Positions 39,668 to 51,618 of a stretch of 64,000 bases of DNA are shown piece after piece. Made by a program: the position numbers and the translations under genes. The first letter of the stretch is position 1. Each line of letters opens with the position of its first letter. The notes under the pieces are model-generated. The model had not been told where the DNA came from. It did not search any database and saw only the letters and a list, made by a program, of their open reading frames with translations. The stretch comes from Calditrichia bacterium (GTDB lineage: Bacteria > Calditrichota > Calditrichia > JAJRVZ01): assembly GCA_963796965.1 (NCBI GenBank), contig CAWCNS010000007.1, positions 544,001 to 608,000 on the forward strand, read 5' to 3'.

Positions 39668-40967
39668 TTAATCCATGACACAACGGACGGAAAGACCGTA
39701 TGAACGAACAAGACCTACACGGCTTACCTGAGATTTGGTGAAATGTAGTATACGTACCATGGCATTGACATTATTGCTTGCAGTTAATCCGGTTGATGTC
39801 CAGAAATAACCGCCCTGCCCAATCCAGCCATAGGCAGCAGATATTCCATCGCGGAGAACCCCCGGAAGAGCAGTAAATCCACTTTCGTTTGTAGCACCGG
39901 TATTGGGAGCAGTCCAGTGGGTTGTACCGATTTCTTTCAATTTCCCACCCTCGTTTGTTCCTCTCCATAAGGTTAGATTGGCTTGCTCCTCACTCATTCC
40001 AAGATACATTTCTAACTCTTTCCAGTCATCATGCTGAGGCCACATGCCAGCCTTCTGGTGCAATCTGATTTGCATTGCCAACGGCATGAAAATTATATAA
40101 TAATCCATACTTAGTTATATTGTCAGTATTATTTTCGTAATAGCTATAGAGCACCCTTTGTACTCCTTGCCAATATAAATCCCGTGGTTCCCAGGGAATA
40201 GCAACGCCATTGCGATAATGGGTTACCCGTAAATTCTCAACCATCCACCATTGATTGCCGATTTTAACCGTCGTATATACATTCCCATCGATATCAGTTA
40301 CAGTTCCCGGATCACCAGAGCCGTCACTGACACTCACCTGTATCGAAGTTGTATCTACCTGGCCGTTTGTATCCTTTACTTCAAGGAAAATCCTGAAGTC
40401 TCCTTCAGACACATAGGTGTGTTCAGCCGTTTTAGTTGTTGCGTAATCTGTATCCCATGTCCCATCGGATTCCCAGTCCCAGCGAACTTCAATTGCAGAT
40501 ACGGGATCTTCCTTGTCGGAGCTTCCAGAGGCATCCACCTGAAAGACAGTAGACGTATTGCCAGTTGAAGGAGATACCGTGAAAGATGCTTTTGGAACTT
40601 CATTATTTATCTTCACGGTGATCACTTCTGAATCGCTAACATTATTAGCTGAGTTATAGGCTTTCGCCTTAATAGAATGGGCCCCATTCCGACCTGAAGT
40701 ATTCCATTCATAGCCATAATCAGCTGATTCATCTGTAAACTCTAGTGTTCCATCAATATAGAATTCTACCTTTTTAATGCCATCATCATCATTTGCATCT
40801 GCTTTGATTGTAATGATGATCCCTTCATCCCATTCTGAATTATTAAGTGGATTAGAAATTGAAACGGTAGGAAATTTTTCATCATTGGTAGAAATGGGAT
40901 CTTTCCCGCAGGAAATAAATAACAGTATCGAAACAATTATTACGATAACAAAATGTTTGTAGCGCAT
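39668..40967 (-). CDS. Lipoprotein with Ig-like (Big) and PKD domains and a C-terminal Fibrobacter succinogenes major paralogous (FISUMP) domain; frameshift near 40035
   Basis: LFISC lipobox; DIDGNVY.TVKIG.Q.WM.ENL, YGLLYN, P.GWHV, NESGFTALPG, G.SVRC. Confidence 0.85.
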
Positions 40968-41212
40968 GGCAGAATCCTTTCTCTGTTGTATGAATATCGT
41001 TTGCTAAATAAATCCATATAGTGTTGAAACATCATAACTTTTTCTTCCTGGTTCAGACCTTTACAGGTCGCATCACCCATATAAATCGATCCGCTAAAGA
41101 GATCATCAGTAATATAAGATCCTTGTTATAATACAAAATATGATCTTTGCTCTCTTATTCAACTGCATAATGATGCTGTTTATGAATAGTTTTTCTTAAA
41201 CAAAGAGAAGAA

Positions 41213-41230
41213 ACTACATGAATATGTAGT
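41213..41230. promoter_or_regulatory. Palindromic site ACTACAT-N4-ATGTAGT (putative response-regulator box)
   Basis: Perfect 7-bp arms; related site at 41985-42002. Confidence 0.55.
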
Positions 41231-41299
41231 AAAAGAAGGATTAGAGGTCAGATAAAGTGTGTTTAAAACAGAATGGTGAGCAGAATAGAATTAGTTATA

Positions 41300-41935
41300 T
41301 CAAATCCATCCGCTGCGCATGGCTTTGGCTACAGCTTCAGATTGTGAATGAACATGAAGTTTTTTGTAAATATTTCGGATATAATACCGCACTGTATCAA
41401 GACTAATACAAACCGTCTCAGCTATGATTTTGTAACTATTCCCCTTAGAAAGATTTACTAAGATCTCTTTTTCACGATCACTTAAATTGCTATCTGAAGG
41501 CTCATTACGGTGGACATTGGTATTAAAATACGAGACAACTCTTCGGGCGATATTGGCACTCATGGGCGAGCCACCATTATAAGCTTCATTTATTGCCTCA
41601 ATCAAACGTGCGGGAGGTGTTTTTTTGATCAGATAGCCACAGGCCCCGGCACAGAGCGCATCAAAGATATTATCGTCATCTTCATAAACTGATAGCATTA
41701 GTATAAGAATGTCAGGTAAAATTAATTTAGCCCTTTTAATGCCCTCGATACCGGTAATTCCCGGAAGGCCTATATCCATAAGAATCAGATCAGGATTAAC
41801 ATGTTCCAGGTTTTCAAGCATATCCTCACAATTACCGTAATTGTTCACGCACTTCAAACCTTCTGTCGCATTTATTAAGACAGTTAATCCTTCGCGAATG
41901 GTTTTATTGTCTTCTACGATTATGATATTAATCAT
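41300..41935 (-). CDS. NarL/LuxR-family response regulator
   Basis: VEDN, LMDI.LP, GA.GY..K, LS.RE.EIL, TVR...NIY.KL.V. Confidence 0.93.
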   Translation of the reverse strand: MINIIIVEDNKTIREGLTVLINATEGLKCVNNYGNCEDMLENLEHVNPDLILMDIGLPGITGIEGIKRAKLILPDILILMLSVYEDDDNIFDALCAGACGYLIKKTPPARLIEAINEAYNGGSPMSANIARRVVSYFNTNVHRNEPSDSNLSDREKEILVNLSKGNSYKIIAETVCISLDTVRYYIRNIYKKLHVHSQSEAVAKAMRSGWI

Positions 41936-41984
41936 TAAGAACCTTTCTTTTTACTTAGTCTAAGAAGGATAAGGTGCAAAGTCA

Positions 41985-42002
41985 ATTGCATGATCATGTA
42001 GT
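41985..42002. promoter_or_regulatory. Second box ATTGCATGATCATGTAGT upstream of the response regulator
   Basis: 14/18 identity to the 41213 site. Confidence 0.5.
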
Positions 42003-42045
42003 TTTTATAGTTTGTATCATGAGAAACTGTAACATCTTTTTTTTA

Positions 42046-42311
42046 GACAGGATCACAGGATTTACAGGATTAAATTTGATAAATAGCTTTTTTATATCAC
42101 GAAGTGACACGAAGATCACTCGAAGATGCATGAAGTATTTGGAAATTATTAATCACGAAGCGATGTCATTCCGTCCCGGAAAGGGATCGCGCTTCGGGAT
42201 AGGAATCTTTCTGGGTGAAAAGTGTCTTCAGAACAGGTGGGAAGATCCTTATCCATAGGATCCCGTTCCGGGACAGGATCACAAAGCCTGTCTGTCATTC
42301 CGAAGGAATCT
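42046..42311. repeat. Mosaic of REP-like modules (ACAGGAT, CACGAA and GTCATTCCG...GGAATCT types)
   Basis: GACAGGATCACAGGATTTACAGGATT; CACGAAG..CACGAAG; TGTCATTCCG..GGAATCT twice. Confidence 0.6.
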
Positions 42312-42314
42312 TTC

Positions 42315-45300
42315 TCAGGAGATGTTGCCAACAAATTCGATTGTTGTCCCGGTTTTAAAATCAGAATGGATAGATAGCGTACCACCGATTCGGCCAGCTC
42401 TTTCTTTCATATTCCTCAATCCATCCCCTAATGTTACATTCTCAATGATCAAATCCCTGACCATTATCGGTTAATTGTAAGGTAAGCTGTTTGCCTTTTA
42501 ATGACGCATTCAATGTGATATCAGTTCCCTTGCTGTATTTGACACTATTATTAATAGCTTCATGAAATATCATAAAAGAGCTGCTGACGATGCTCCATCT
42601 TTAATCGCACCTTTTTCAGCGAATCGAGATTCTGGGTTTTAAATTGAATATCCGTGTCATTAAGAAGTTCAGTATACGTATCACCTAATCGGGATATTAA
42701 GTCGAATAATGAATCTCTTTTTGGATTTACCAACCAGACAATATTACTCATGCTGTCGATTAAACCACGCGCTGTATTACTAATTTTTTGTAATTCGATA
42801 TCCACGTGTTGTTTAGATTGATCGGGAAGTTTTTGTGTTATCACCTCACCCATTATAGATATTTCTGTCAATCCGGCACCAATATCATCATGCAAATCTG
42901 CGGCAATTTTGCTTCTCAATCGTTCAATTGCCAATAGTTGCTTTACGCGATTGGTTATAATAAAAGTGATTCCACCTCCAGTAGCCAGAATGAGGAACAA
43001 CAGAAACCACCAGGTTTTCCAAAATGGCGGCGTGATTATAATCTTTACAGCAGTTTCTTTTTCATTCCAGACACCATCTCCATTTGTCCCCTTTACTCTA
43101 AAAATATATGTACCCCCATCCAGCTGCGTATAACCAGCGAATCGGCGGGTACCCGAATTTACCCAACCCGGATCCAGACCTTCCAGCATATAGGCATATC
43201 GGTTACGTTCCGGCTTAGAAAAATCAAGCGAAGCAAAATCAAAAGAAAAATAGTTGTCTTTATATGATAATGTAATTTCTTCAATGTCAGTGAGGGATTG
43301 ATCCAGTTTTGCCGGTTTATCAAAAATATAAAATCCGGTCAGGACAACCGGGGCCATGTAGGGACTATCATATAGGCTATCCGGATAAAATTCCGTTGCC
43401 CCATCCACGCCACCAAATATCATACTTCCTTCTTCGGTTTTCAGATAGGCGCCAGTGTTAAATTCATTGCTTTGAAGCCCATCCCGGGTATCATAATTTT
43501 TAACGATACCCTTCTCCAAATCAATATGAGCTAAACCATTGTTTGTACTGCACCAGATGTGTCCCTCTGCATCTTCCAGAATACCATAGATGATGTCATT
43601 TGGCAGACCATCTTTTATCAGATAGCGCCTGAATACGGGCTGATTACGATGATTTTTTTCCAAACGATTTAATCCCAGCATCGTTCCAAACCACAGATCC
43701 CCGTTTTCAGATTCATGAACTGATAAGACATAATCATTACTCAAGGAATTTTTATTGGCAGGATCGTGAAAATAGTGGCTAAAATGAGGCTGCGAGAATC
43801 TCAATTTATTTGTCTTTTGCGATACAGATGAAAATAAAATTTTGTTTAAACCATGAGATGTTGCCACCCAATAGACTCCATCACTGTCCTGAAAGATCGA
43901 AATCACATTATTATCACTCAGGCTATTCGCATTTCCGGGATGGTTGATGAAGTTAATAAAAGTATCAGAGCCCGGATCGTAAAGATCAAGCCCGCCACCC
44001 CAGGTTCCGATCCAAATATTACCTGAATGATCTTCGTAAATGGTACGAACATTGTTATGGCTGATTGACCCTGGATAATCCGGATCATGTTTAAACCGTG
44101 TAAATTCTTGAGATTTCTTATCGAATCGATTGATACCTGCATCCTGCGTAGCAATCCAGATAATACCATTTTGATCCTCAATGACAGACCTGAGATTATT
44201 ACTCCCAATACTATTTGGGTCTGTTGCATCAAAATTATAGTGACTGAATTTACCCGTCGCACGATTAAACCGGTTTAACCCTCCATTATGTGTAGCAAAC
44301 CATAAATAACCATTTGAACTCTCGGAGATTGACCAGACAATTGAGTGACTCAGGCTGTTTTTATCACCTGGATAGCTTCGATACTGAAGGAATCTGGCCG
44401 TGCCGGGATCGAATAAATTTACCCCCCCACCGAGGGTTCCGATCCATATTAAGCCACTTCTATCCTCATATATCGTGCGAATGCTGTTGCTGCTCAGGCT
44501 ATGAGGATTCAATTCATTGTGTGAATAGGTTTTAAATGAGTTATTAGATCTGTCAAGTAGTATGGCTCCCTCTTTTTGAGATGCAATCCAGATGCTACCT
44601 TTATCATCCTCACATACGGCATGGATATTATTCGTACCAATACTCTCAGGATCATTCTCTTCATGTAAATATTGAGTAATATTTTTTGTACGGGGATTAT
44701 AACTGTTTAAACCATTAAGGGTAGAAATCCATAAAATACCATTACGATCTTCAAAAATATGTCGTATACTATGATTACTAATACGTCTGGATATCTTCTC
44801 ATTTTTCCCAATCTGAGAAAATTCACCTGTTATTTGATTATAGAAGTATAATCCTTTGCCGGTGCCAATCCAGAGGTTATTTTCAGAATCAGGGTAGATA
44901 TGTCTGATATTAAGGCCAGCCAATATTTTTAAAATCTTCGGATCATTTATTCGTTTTTCAAAAATACCAGTACGCAAATTAAAACTATTGATTCCGCCAT
45001 TCCTGGTGCCAATCCACAGATATCCCAGTTTATCTGCAGAGATGGAACGTATTTTATTGCTGCTTAATCCTGAATCAACCGCTGGATTATGAAGATAGCG
45101 TGTAAACCTATTTGTCTTATGATCATAACGGTTTAAACCGCCATTAAATGTACCAACCCATAGATATCCTTCGTAATCTTCATACAGACACCAGATATTG
45201 TTATTAGAAATTGATGTTGAATCACCCGGATCATGTTTATAAATATTAAACTGATACCCATCATATCGATTTAATCCATCCTCGGTACCAAACCACATAA

Positions 45301-45448
45301 ATCCAGATCGGTCCTGTAGAATGGTTTCTACAGTTGATTGAGACAATCCTTGTTCAATTGATATTCTTTTAAAGCGAAGATCACTCTGAGCAAAAGTGAG
45401 TTGTAGTAAAAATAGTATTAGAATGAAAGATTTCTTAATCATAGGCAA
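42315..45448 (-). CDS. Sensor histidine kinase (beta-propeller + Y_Y_Y + HisKA_3 + HATPase); two frameshifts near the 3' end
   Basis: Repeated G.LWIGT..GLN.Y; IAADLHDDIG; shifted frames give EAINN..KYS, DNGQGF and G.GL.NM..RA to TGA 42315. Confidence 0.88.
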
Positions 45449-45514
45449 ATCTTTATCTTTACTTTAATATATGAGTGATAAACCAGATCTAAGACCCTCG
45501 ATTTTCTTGGCGGG

Positions 45515-46035
45515 CTCTGCGCTCGCTGCGCCGGTGCGTGGAAAAGACCTCACCCCTCAATCCCCTCTCCTGAAAGGCGAGGGGAAGTAGATTCATAATT
45601 CTCTGCGGTCTCTGTGTATAAAAAAGTTGTCACACGAAGCACACAAAGTCGACACGAAAACCACGAAGAAAATATAGTATTAATATTTCAAATGATTTAA
45701 TAGTGTTTTTAGAAACTTTATTCTAACTCTTGCACCATAATAAAATCCTAAAGAATGTTTCTCTGCGCTCGCTGCGACCGCTGCGTGAAAAAGACCTCAC
45801 CCCTCAATCCCCTCTCCTGAAAGGCGAGGGGAAGTAGATTCATAATTCTCTGCGGTCTCTGTGTATAAAAAAGTTGTCACACGAAGCACACAAAGTCGAC
45901 ACGAAAACCACGAAGAAAATATAGCATTTGTATTTCAAATGATTTAATAGTGTTTTTAGAAACTTTATTCTAACTCTTGCACCATATAAAATCCTAAAAA
46001 TGTTCTCTGCGCTCGCTGCGCCGCTGCGTGAAAAA
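45515..46035. repeat. Tandem duplication of an about 246-bp composite repeat unit (2 copies plus the start of a third)
   Basis: CTCTGCGCTCGCTGCG starts at 45515, 45761 and 46005; the two units are nearly identical. Confidence 0.92.
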
Positions 46036-46089
46036 GAGTTAAACAAAAAGCACAAAAAGACATTTCAGAAACGTTGCCTGTCCGGCGAC

Positions 46090-47328
46090 TTACCATCCAG
46101 GATCAATTAAACCATAATGCCGGCCAAACCAGTAATTCCGAACCATTGCCGAGGCAATACCTTCTTGTTCAGAGTTTACGATTTTATAGCCATCCCCCGT
46201 TGGAATTTTGAATTCTTTTTCCTGGCGGTCAAATCCCCACATATCCTTAATGACACTGACATATTTTTCTGTCATAATATCCTCATGACTAAGCACCTGA
46301 TAAACCATAATAAACCATATATCGTCTTCAAAACTAAAATCATGGTTCTGCCAATCATACCAATGCCGGTTTAGATTCATTTTATACTTAATTAATAAGG
46401 ATCTGTCATCTTCATAGCGCATTAACATGTAAAGAGACCGTGCGGCATGATAATCATCGCCCTTATTTCGCCATTCTTCAGGCCATAGTATTTTTGACAA
46501 AATTTGATGATCATCATAGTGATAGCGATCGATAAGCATATGATAGGCAGCATGGTAACGATCTTTCCCCGTAATACGATGAGCGACTTTTAAACCCATG
46601 AGCATTTCAAGTGAATTGAGGGCCTGATGTGGCAGATCGGGACAGAAATTGCCCCATAATGTCATTTTTCCGTCCAGATCAACCAGTTTAAAGTTATTAT
46701 CAATGATACGTCCCATAAAACGGTCCAGGAATTCGGCTGCTTTCTTTTTATACTCTTCATCTGCGCAGAATTCCCAATACGTGCCGACACCGTAAAAGAT
46801 GGAAGTAAACTTATCTGCGCTTAGATCACCCAACCAGCGATAGCCCGGAAGAGATGATGAATAATGCCATTCGTCATACCAATACACTTTTTCATGCCAT
46901 AAAGGTTTGTCGGTTTGATTAAAACTTCGTGCGACTAATCCCGGAACACCGGTTACTTTTTCTAACTTTACAATGCCTTCAAATATCTGGTTGGCAATAT
47001 CCCGGACCTCTGCGTCCTTTGTTACATGATATTTATGCGAATAGGCAGCGAGCATTTCCGATGTAGGGTCCAGACAATCCGCCTGAGATCCAATTATAGG
47101 ACGATCCAGTCCAGCTGGTGGGAATATCACATGTTGCATGATTGTGCCTTCATTCCAATGATTCCCAAGAATTAATTTATTAAACATGTCCACCTTAACA
47201 TGTAACGGGTCTGATTTTTGTGGGAAATCATTAACTTTCTGAGCAAAAATTTGTTGGCCAAACAAGAAACTGAATATAATTATATGCCAAAGATTAATTC
47301 TTTTAGTCAAAATTCCTCCTCGATACAT
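46090..47328 (-). CDS. Secreted hypothetical protein (possible alpha/alpha-toroid carbohydrate enzyme)
   Basis: Signal peptide; Trp/Tyr-rich helical sequence; no diagnostic motif recognised. Confidence 0.6.
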   Translation of the reverse strand: MYRGGILTKRINLWHIIIFSFLFGQQIFAQKVNDFPQKSDPLHVKVDMFNKLILGNHWNEGTIMQHVIFPPAGLDRPIIGSQADCLDPTSEMLAAYSHKYHVTKDAEVRDIANQIFEGIVKLEKVTGVPGLVARSFNQTDKPLWHEKVYWYDEWHYSSSLPGYRWLGDLSADKFTSIFYGVGTYWEFCADEEYKKKAAEFLDRFMGRIIDNNFKLVDLDGKMTLWGNFCPDLPHQALNSLEMLMGLKVAHRITGKDRYHAAYHMLIDRYHYDDHQILSKILWPEEWRNKGDDYHAARSLYMLMRYEDDRSLLIKYKMNLNRHWYDWQNHDFSFEDDIWFIMVYQVLSHEDIMTEKYVSVIKDMWGFDRQEKEFKIPTGDGYKIVNSEQEGIASAMVRNYWFGRHYGLIDPGW

Positions 47329-47339
47329 TCAAATACTAT

Positions 47340-48056
47340 TTAATCAACATCTTTAACACATCGAAATCCAACCGGATAACGCCCGGTTGTATTGGGTGGA
47401 ACATAATAGCGCTGGGATGTTCGAACAAAAGAGTGGTTATTAAAATTTGAACCTCCCCGCATGACTTTATACGTTTCACCATATTGTTTCATAGGCACTT
47501 CATTGCCATCATAAGGCTTGTACCAGTCTGCAGTCCACTCCCAGACACCACCGGCCATATCAACACATCCATAAGGACTTTCCGGCTTTGCGATAGCACT
47601 TCCGCGTGGATGACTTTGGTCCCATACGACAAACGTTTCGTCATAGGTATTCCCCCAGGGAAATATACGACCATCTATACCACGGGCTGCTTTTTCCCAC
47701 TCTTTTTCAGTGGGCAATCTTTTATCAGCCCAATTTGCATAGGCATTTGCCTGCTCCCAGGTTACAATAACCGGATTATTTTCCTTCCCCTCAGGATATT
47801 TAAAATCCGGATCGAATTGAATATATTCAGAATTACTGACTTCGTATTTATCGACAAAGAAGGCATTGGTATGGGCGATATGTCTCGGCCTTTCATCGGG
47901 ATCACCATATACACTACCCATTATAAAACTCCCCTCGGGTACATACAGCATACCTTCAGGAGGCTTAGGAAGGTCATTTACTGGCTCTCCTGCAAAGACA
48001 ACCATAATAGATATAGATATTAGAAAAAATAGTGCTTTCATTCTTTGAATCTCCAA
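47340..48056 (-). CDS. Formylglycine-generating-enzyme-like (FGE-sulfatase) domain protein
   Basis: F.MGS, DE.P.H, KYEVSN, RLPTE.EWEKAARG, DMAG.VWEW, RGGS, GFRC. Confidence 0.9.
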   Translation of the reverse strand: MEIQRMKALFFLISISIMVVFAGEPVNDLPKPPEGMLYVPEGSFIMGSVYGDPDERPRHIAHTNAFFVDKYEVSNSEYIQFDPDFKYPEGKENNPVIVTWEQANAYANWADKRLPTEKEWEKAARGIDGRIFPWGNTYDETFVVWDQSHPRGSAIAKPESPYGCVDMAGGVWEWTADWYKPYDGNEVPMKQYGETYKVMRGGSNFNNHSFVRTSQRYYVPPNTTGRYPVGFRCVKDVD

Positions 48057-48165
48057 TTAATTAACCTGATAAAATAATAAATCAATATAAAAAAACACTG
48101 CGGCTTAGCGTCGCTGCGTGAAATAAAACTAAACACCAGAGCACCTGGAGAATAAACTGGGCTAC

Positions 48166-49734
48166 TTATTGAACTGGTTTACTATCCTGGGTCCATATGG
48201 TTAAGTTGGTCAGATCCTGCTTCTTCGCCGGTAATAAAGCAGCAGTTAGAAAACCAACCGTAAACATAATAATATTTCCGATAATACTGGTATAATATAA
48301 ATCAAATGGTACTGTTAGGTAGGCGGGTAAAAGATTGTTTCCGGAAAGTACCGACCATAGCGTAAATAAAAAACTAAACGTCAGCCCTGTCCATACGGCT
48401 TTTGCATCTCCAATCGTTGTAAAGAAACCGAATAAATATAACCCTAATCTTCCGGAAATGATAATTGAAGCAAGTACCAGGGCGGTGTGTTCCAGTGTTT
48501 TTGTTTCCGTGACAGAGAGTAATAATGCACCGCCTATCATCACAACCCCCGCTAGCAGAGCAAGAATCCGTGCTAATTTTAAATAATAAACATCCTCTCT
48601 CCCCTTTAGAATATGTGGCCTGAAAAAATCAACCGTTAATACCGTTGATATGGCATTTATAATCGAATCAAGTGAAGACATGGCCGCGGCCAATGCGGCG
48701 GCGATAACCAGACCAGAGATACCCGCAGGCAGATAATTTATTATGAAATAGGGTAAAATATGTTCAGCCTTCATCTCTCCTGATAGCATGGCCGCTGATT
48801 CCGGTGTGGGAGAATGCTGAAAAAACACAAAAAGACTGGTACCCAGAAACATAAAGAAGGCCCAGATGGGCAGACTGGCCAGAACAACCCACAACATCCC
48901 TTTTCTGGCCTCTTTTATACTTTTTGAAGCACAATAACGCTGGATGGTAGCCTGTTCACTGCTATACATGGTTAACCATATCGTCAATCCAAACAAAAGC
49001 ATCATACTGCCTGTTTTTTTACTGAGAGACAATTCCCAGGAAATCGGAATCAATTCGCCATTAACCAACTCTGAAAAGGATAGTTTACCTTGCGCAAGGG
49101 CATCATTAAAGATCTGCTCAAATCCCCCGGGGAGATAATACACGACCACAGCAAGACAAAGTAAAGCCCCACCCACCAAAACAATGGTTTGGATAACATC
49201 GGTCCAGATTACAGCATCGATACCGCCAAGAACGGTGTAGAAGGTAACAAAAACACCGGCAATAATGATACATAGGGGAAGGCTCAAACTGGTGACCTGA
49301 TTAAAGAGAATTGAAACAAGATAGAGCATGATGCTGATCCTGATCAATCCGCGAATGATATACGAAGCCGAACCATAGAGACGAACAGAGACACCAAATC
49401 TACCTTCCAGATATTCATAAGCAGAGGTAATTTTCCCTCTTCTAAAAAATTTCAGAAAAAAGTAGGCGGCGATAAGGACAGCTAAAGGCATTAACAGATT
49501 GGGCAGAAACCTGATCCAGGACGTCTTAAAAGCATCAGCTGGATAAGCGAGAAAGGTAACAGAACTTATACCTGTTCCCACAAGACTTAATCCAATCACC
49601 CATCCGGGAAAAGAACGACCACCGACGAAATATTCCTCTGTACTTTTATTTTTACGGGAAAAATAAACCCCTATCAAGGCTGTCCCACCCAGGTATCCGA
49701 TGATTGCCAGAATATCCAGAAAATGTAACTTCAA
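48166..49734 (-). CDS. Sodium:solute symporter (sugar/sialic-acid type)
   Basis: YF.GGR, SAYEYLE.RF, GG..AVIWTD.IQ, IQRY, AAAMSSLDS. Confidence 0.92.
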   Translation of the reverse strand: MKLHFLDILAIIGYLGGTALIGVYFSRKNKSTEEYFVGGRSFPGWVIGLSLVGTGISSVTFLAYPADAFKTSWIRFLPNLLMPLAVLIAAYFFLKFFRRGKITSAYEYLEGRFGVSVRLYGSASYIIRGLIRISIMLYLVSILFNQVTSLSLPLCIIIAGVFVTFYTVLGGIDAVIWTDVIQTIVLVGGALLCLAVVVYYLPGGFEQIFNDALAQGKLSFSELVNGELIPISWELSLSKKTGSMMLLFGLTIWLTMYSSEQATIQRYCASKSIKEARKGMLWVVLASLPIWAFFMFLGTSLFVFFQHSPTPESAAMLSGEMKAEHILPYFIINYLPAGISGLVIAAALAAAMSSLDSIINAISTVLTVDFFRPHILKGREDVYYLKLARILALLAGVVMIGGALLLSVTETKTLEHTALVLASIIISGRLGLYLFGFFTTIGDAKAVWTGLTFSFLFTLWSVLSGNNLLPAYLTVPFDLYYTSIIGNIIMFTVGFLTAALLPAKKQDLTNLTIWTQDSKPVQ

Positions 49735-49778
49735 AAAGACTCCTCATCATTGAACAAATGGTATTATCTTAAAAAAGA

Positions 49779-50023
49779 TAACCACAAAGGACACAATGAA
49801 GGCACAGAGGACACAGAGAATAAATAATTCTATTTTTTCAACTGCGGTTAATATAGATCGTTGGTATTGACTATAAATTGACAATAAGCGAGATCTAAAA
49901 CCCTAATATTTTCTCTGCGCTCTCTGCGGCTCTGCGTGAGAAAAGACTAAACACAAAGCACAATAAAAAACTTTTTATTAATACTTTGTGATCTTAGTGC
50001 ATTCTTTGTGCCCTTTGTGGTTA
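49779..50023. repeat. Inverted copy of the composite palindromic element
   Basis: Contains the reverse complement of the core AGATCTCGCTTATTGTCAATTTATAGTCAATACCAACGATCTATATTAACCGCAGTTG. Confidence 0.9.
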
Positions 50024-50083
50024 TCTTTTATTTTTATCTTCTTTCTTCTATCTTTTTCCAAAATTTGCCGGAATTTCTCCTTC

Positions 50084-50946
50084 TTATTTAGAACTATTAC
50101 CGCTACTGTTTTCAATCCTTGAAATAAATTCCATGATGGAATTACCTACCTTTTCAGGTTCCTCTAAGGGTAATTTATGTGATGCATTTTTGATCCATAC
50201 GACAGAAATATTTGGTCGGTCAGGAATAAAAAGTTGCTCATGAGAGGCAGGCTCTCTGCCCCTGTCACCATATAATTCTAATATTGGCAATGTTGTATTT
50301 TCAAGAAATGCGACACCCTTTTCCCATTTGCGCCAAATTTTAGCAAAATCTCCCCTTTGTTCATCGGTCCAATGTCCTGCACCACGTCGCCGGGCTTCTT
50401 GCTTTTTTTTCTTCTCTTCTGGTGTCAAGGTACTCGTCATATCGGCATCAAAAGCCTCTCGGGAGACACGCCAATGTGTCCAGCCCTCAATAGATATAAC
50501 GCCTCTCACATATTCGGCCAGCAGCGGCCAACCTCTTTGGCAATCATCCCCCCAATGCTATGCCCTCCCACATAAAACTGATTTACTCTTTCCTTATCAG
50601 CCACAATCATAACATCTTCTGCCAACAGCTCTATCGTACCATCCACTGGCGGGGGCCAACTCTTTCCATGCCCGCGAACTTCAACAAGAATCAGATTTAT
50701 ATCTTTATCTAATAAGGGAACAATTGTTTCCCACTGGCTGACATCAGAGAAACTGCCCGGAATTAGAACGAGTGTTGGGCCTTCACCGGGACGGACCACA
50801 TAAGATAGTCTGACCTCTCTTTGCTCAACTATCTTTCTGACCATTCCATTGTTTTCAATAAAGGAATAATCACCCCTTTCTTCATGAGAACAAGATGTAC
50901 AGAAAATGGAAGATATTAAAATAAATATAGATAAAAATATTTTCAT
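50084..50946 (-). CDS. Alpha/beta hydrolase lipoprotein; frameshift near 50508
   Basis: G.GP.LVLIPG, RGHGKS, GHSIGG nucleophile elbow; C-terminal ASH..PLE.P. Confidence 0.8.
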
Positions 50947-50977
50947 TAATTCCTCTGTATTATTTAAGAGAAAAATT

Positions 50978-51608
50978 GTATCACGAGGCACACATCCAGG
51001 ACCTCACCCCTTGCCCCTCTCCTGTTGAAAATCCCGTTATGGGAAAAGGCGAGGGGAAGAAAACAATTACCTCCCCCTCTTTCCCCCTCCTTAGTAAGGA
51101 GGGGGTTTTGGGGGAGGTCAATCACAAATATATTCTCTGCGTTCTTTGCGCTCTCTGTGTAAAAAAAAAGATAAACACAAAGCCCACAAAGAAGGCATAA
51201 AGTACACAAAGAAAAAATAATTCAATTTTTTCAACTGCGGTTAATATAGATCGTTGGTATTGACTATAAATTGACAATAAGCGAGATCTAAAACCCTAAT
51301 ATTTTCTCTGCGCTCTTTGCGCTCTCTGCGGCTCTGCGTGAAAGGAACTAAACACTAACCAGAAAAAACAGTATCACGAAGAACCCGAAGAAGTCACGAA
51401 GCCCTCGAAAATATCTGATTACTTCAATACTTATTACATAAAGCATTTTTAGAAAAATACAACTTAGAAATAGCACAATTTAAAACCCTAATTATTTTTC
51501 TCTGCGTCTTTGCGGCTCTGCGAGAAAAAGACTAAACACTAAGCACAATAAAAAACTTTTATAAATACTTTGTGATCTTTGTGCCTTCTTTGTGTCCTTT
51601 GTGGTTAT
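50978..51608. repeat. Extended composite repeat cluster (CCTCACCCC hairpins, core element and inserted CACGAA module)
   Basis: Shares modules with 45515-46035 and 49779-50023. Confidence 0.85.
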
Positions 51609-51618
51609 CTTCTATCTT

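Noticed and set aside
45515..46035. CRISPR array
   Set aside because: The intervening sequences are duplicated rather than unique spacers, the period is about 246 bp, and there are no cas genes
39668..48056. Diversity-generating retroelement, since the FISUMP and FGE-like proteins have the C-type-lectin folds that DGRs often target
   Set aside because: No reverse transcriptase and no template repeat matching either 3' end in the window; the hairpin after FISUMP looks like an ordinary terminator
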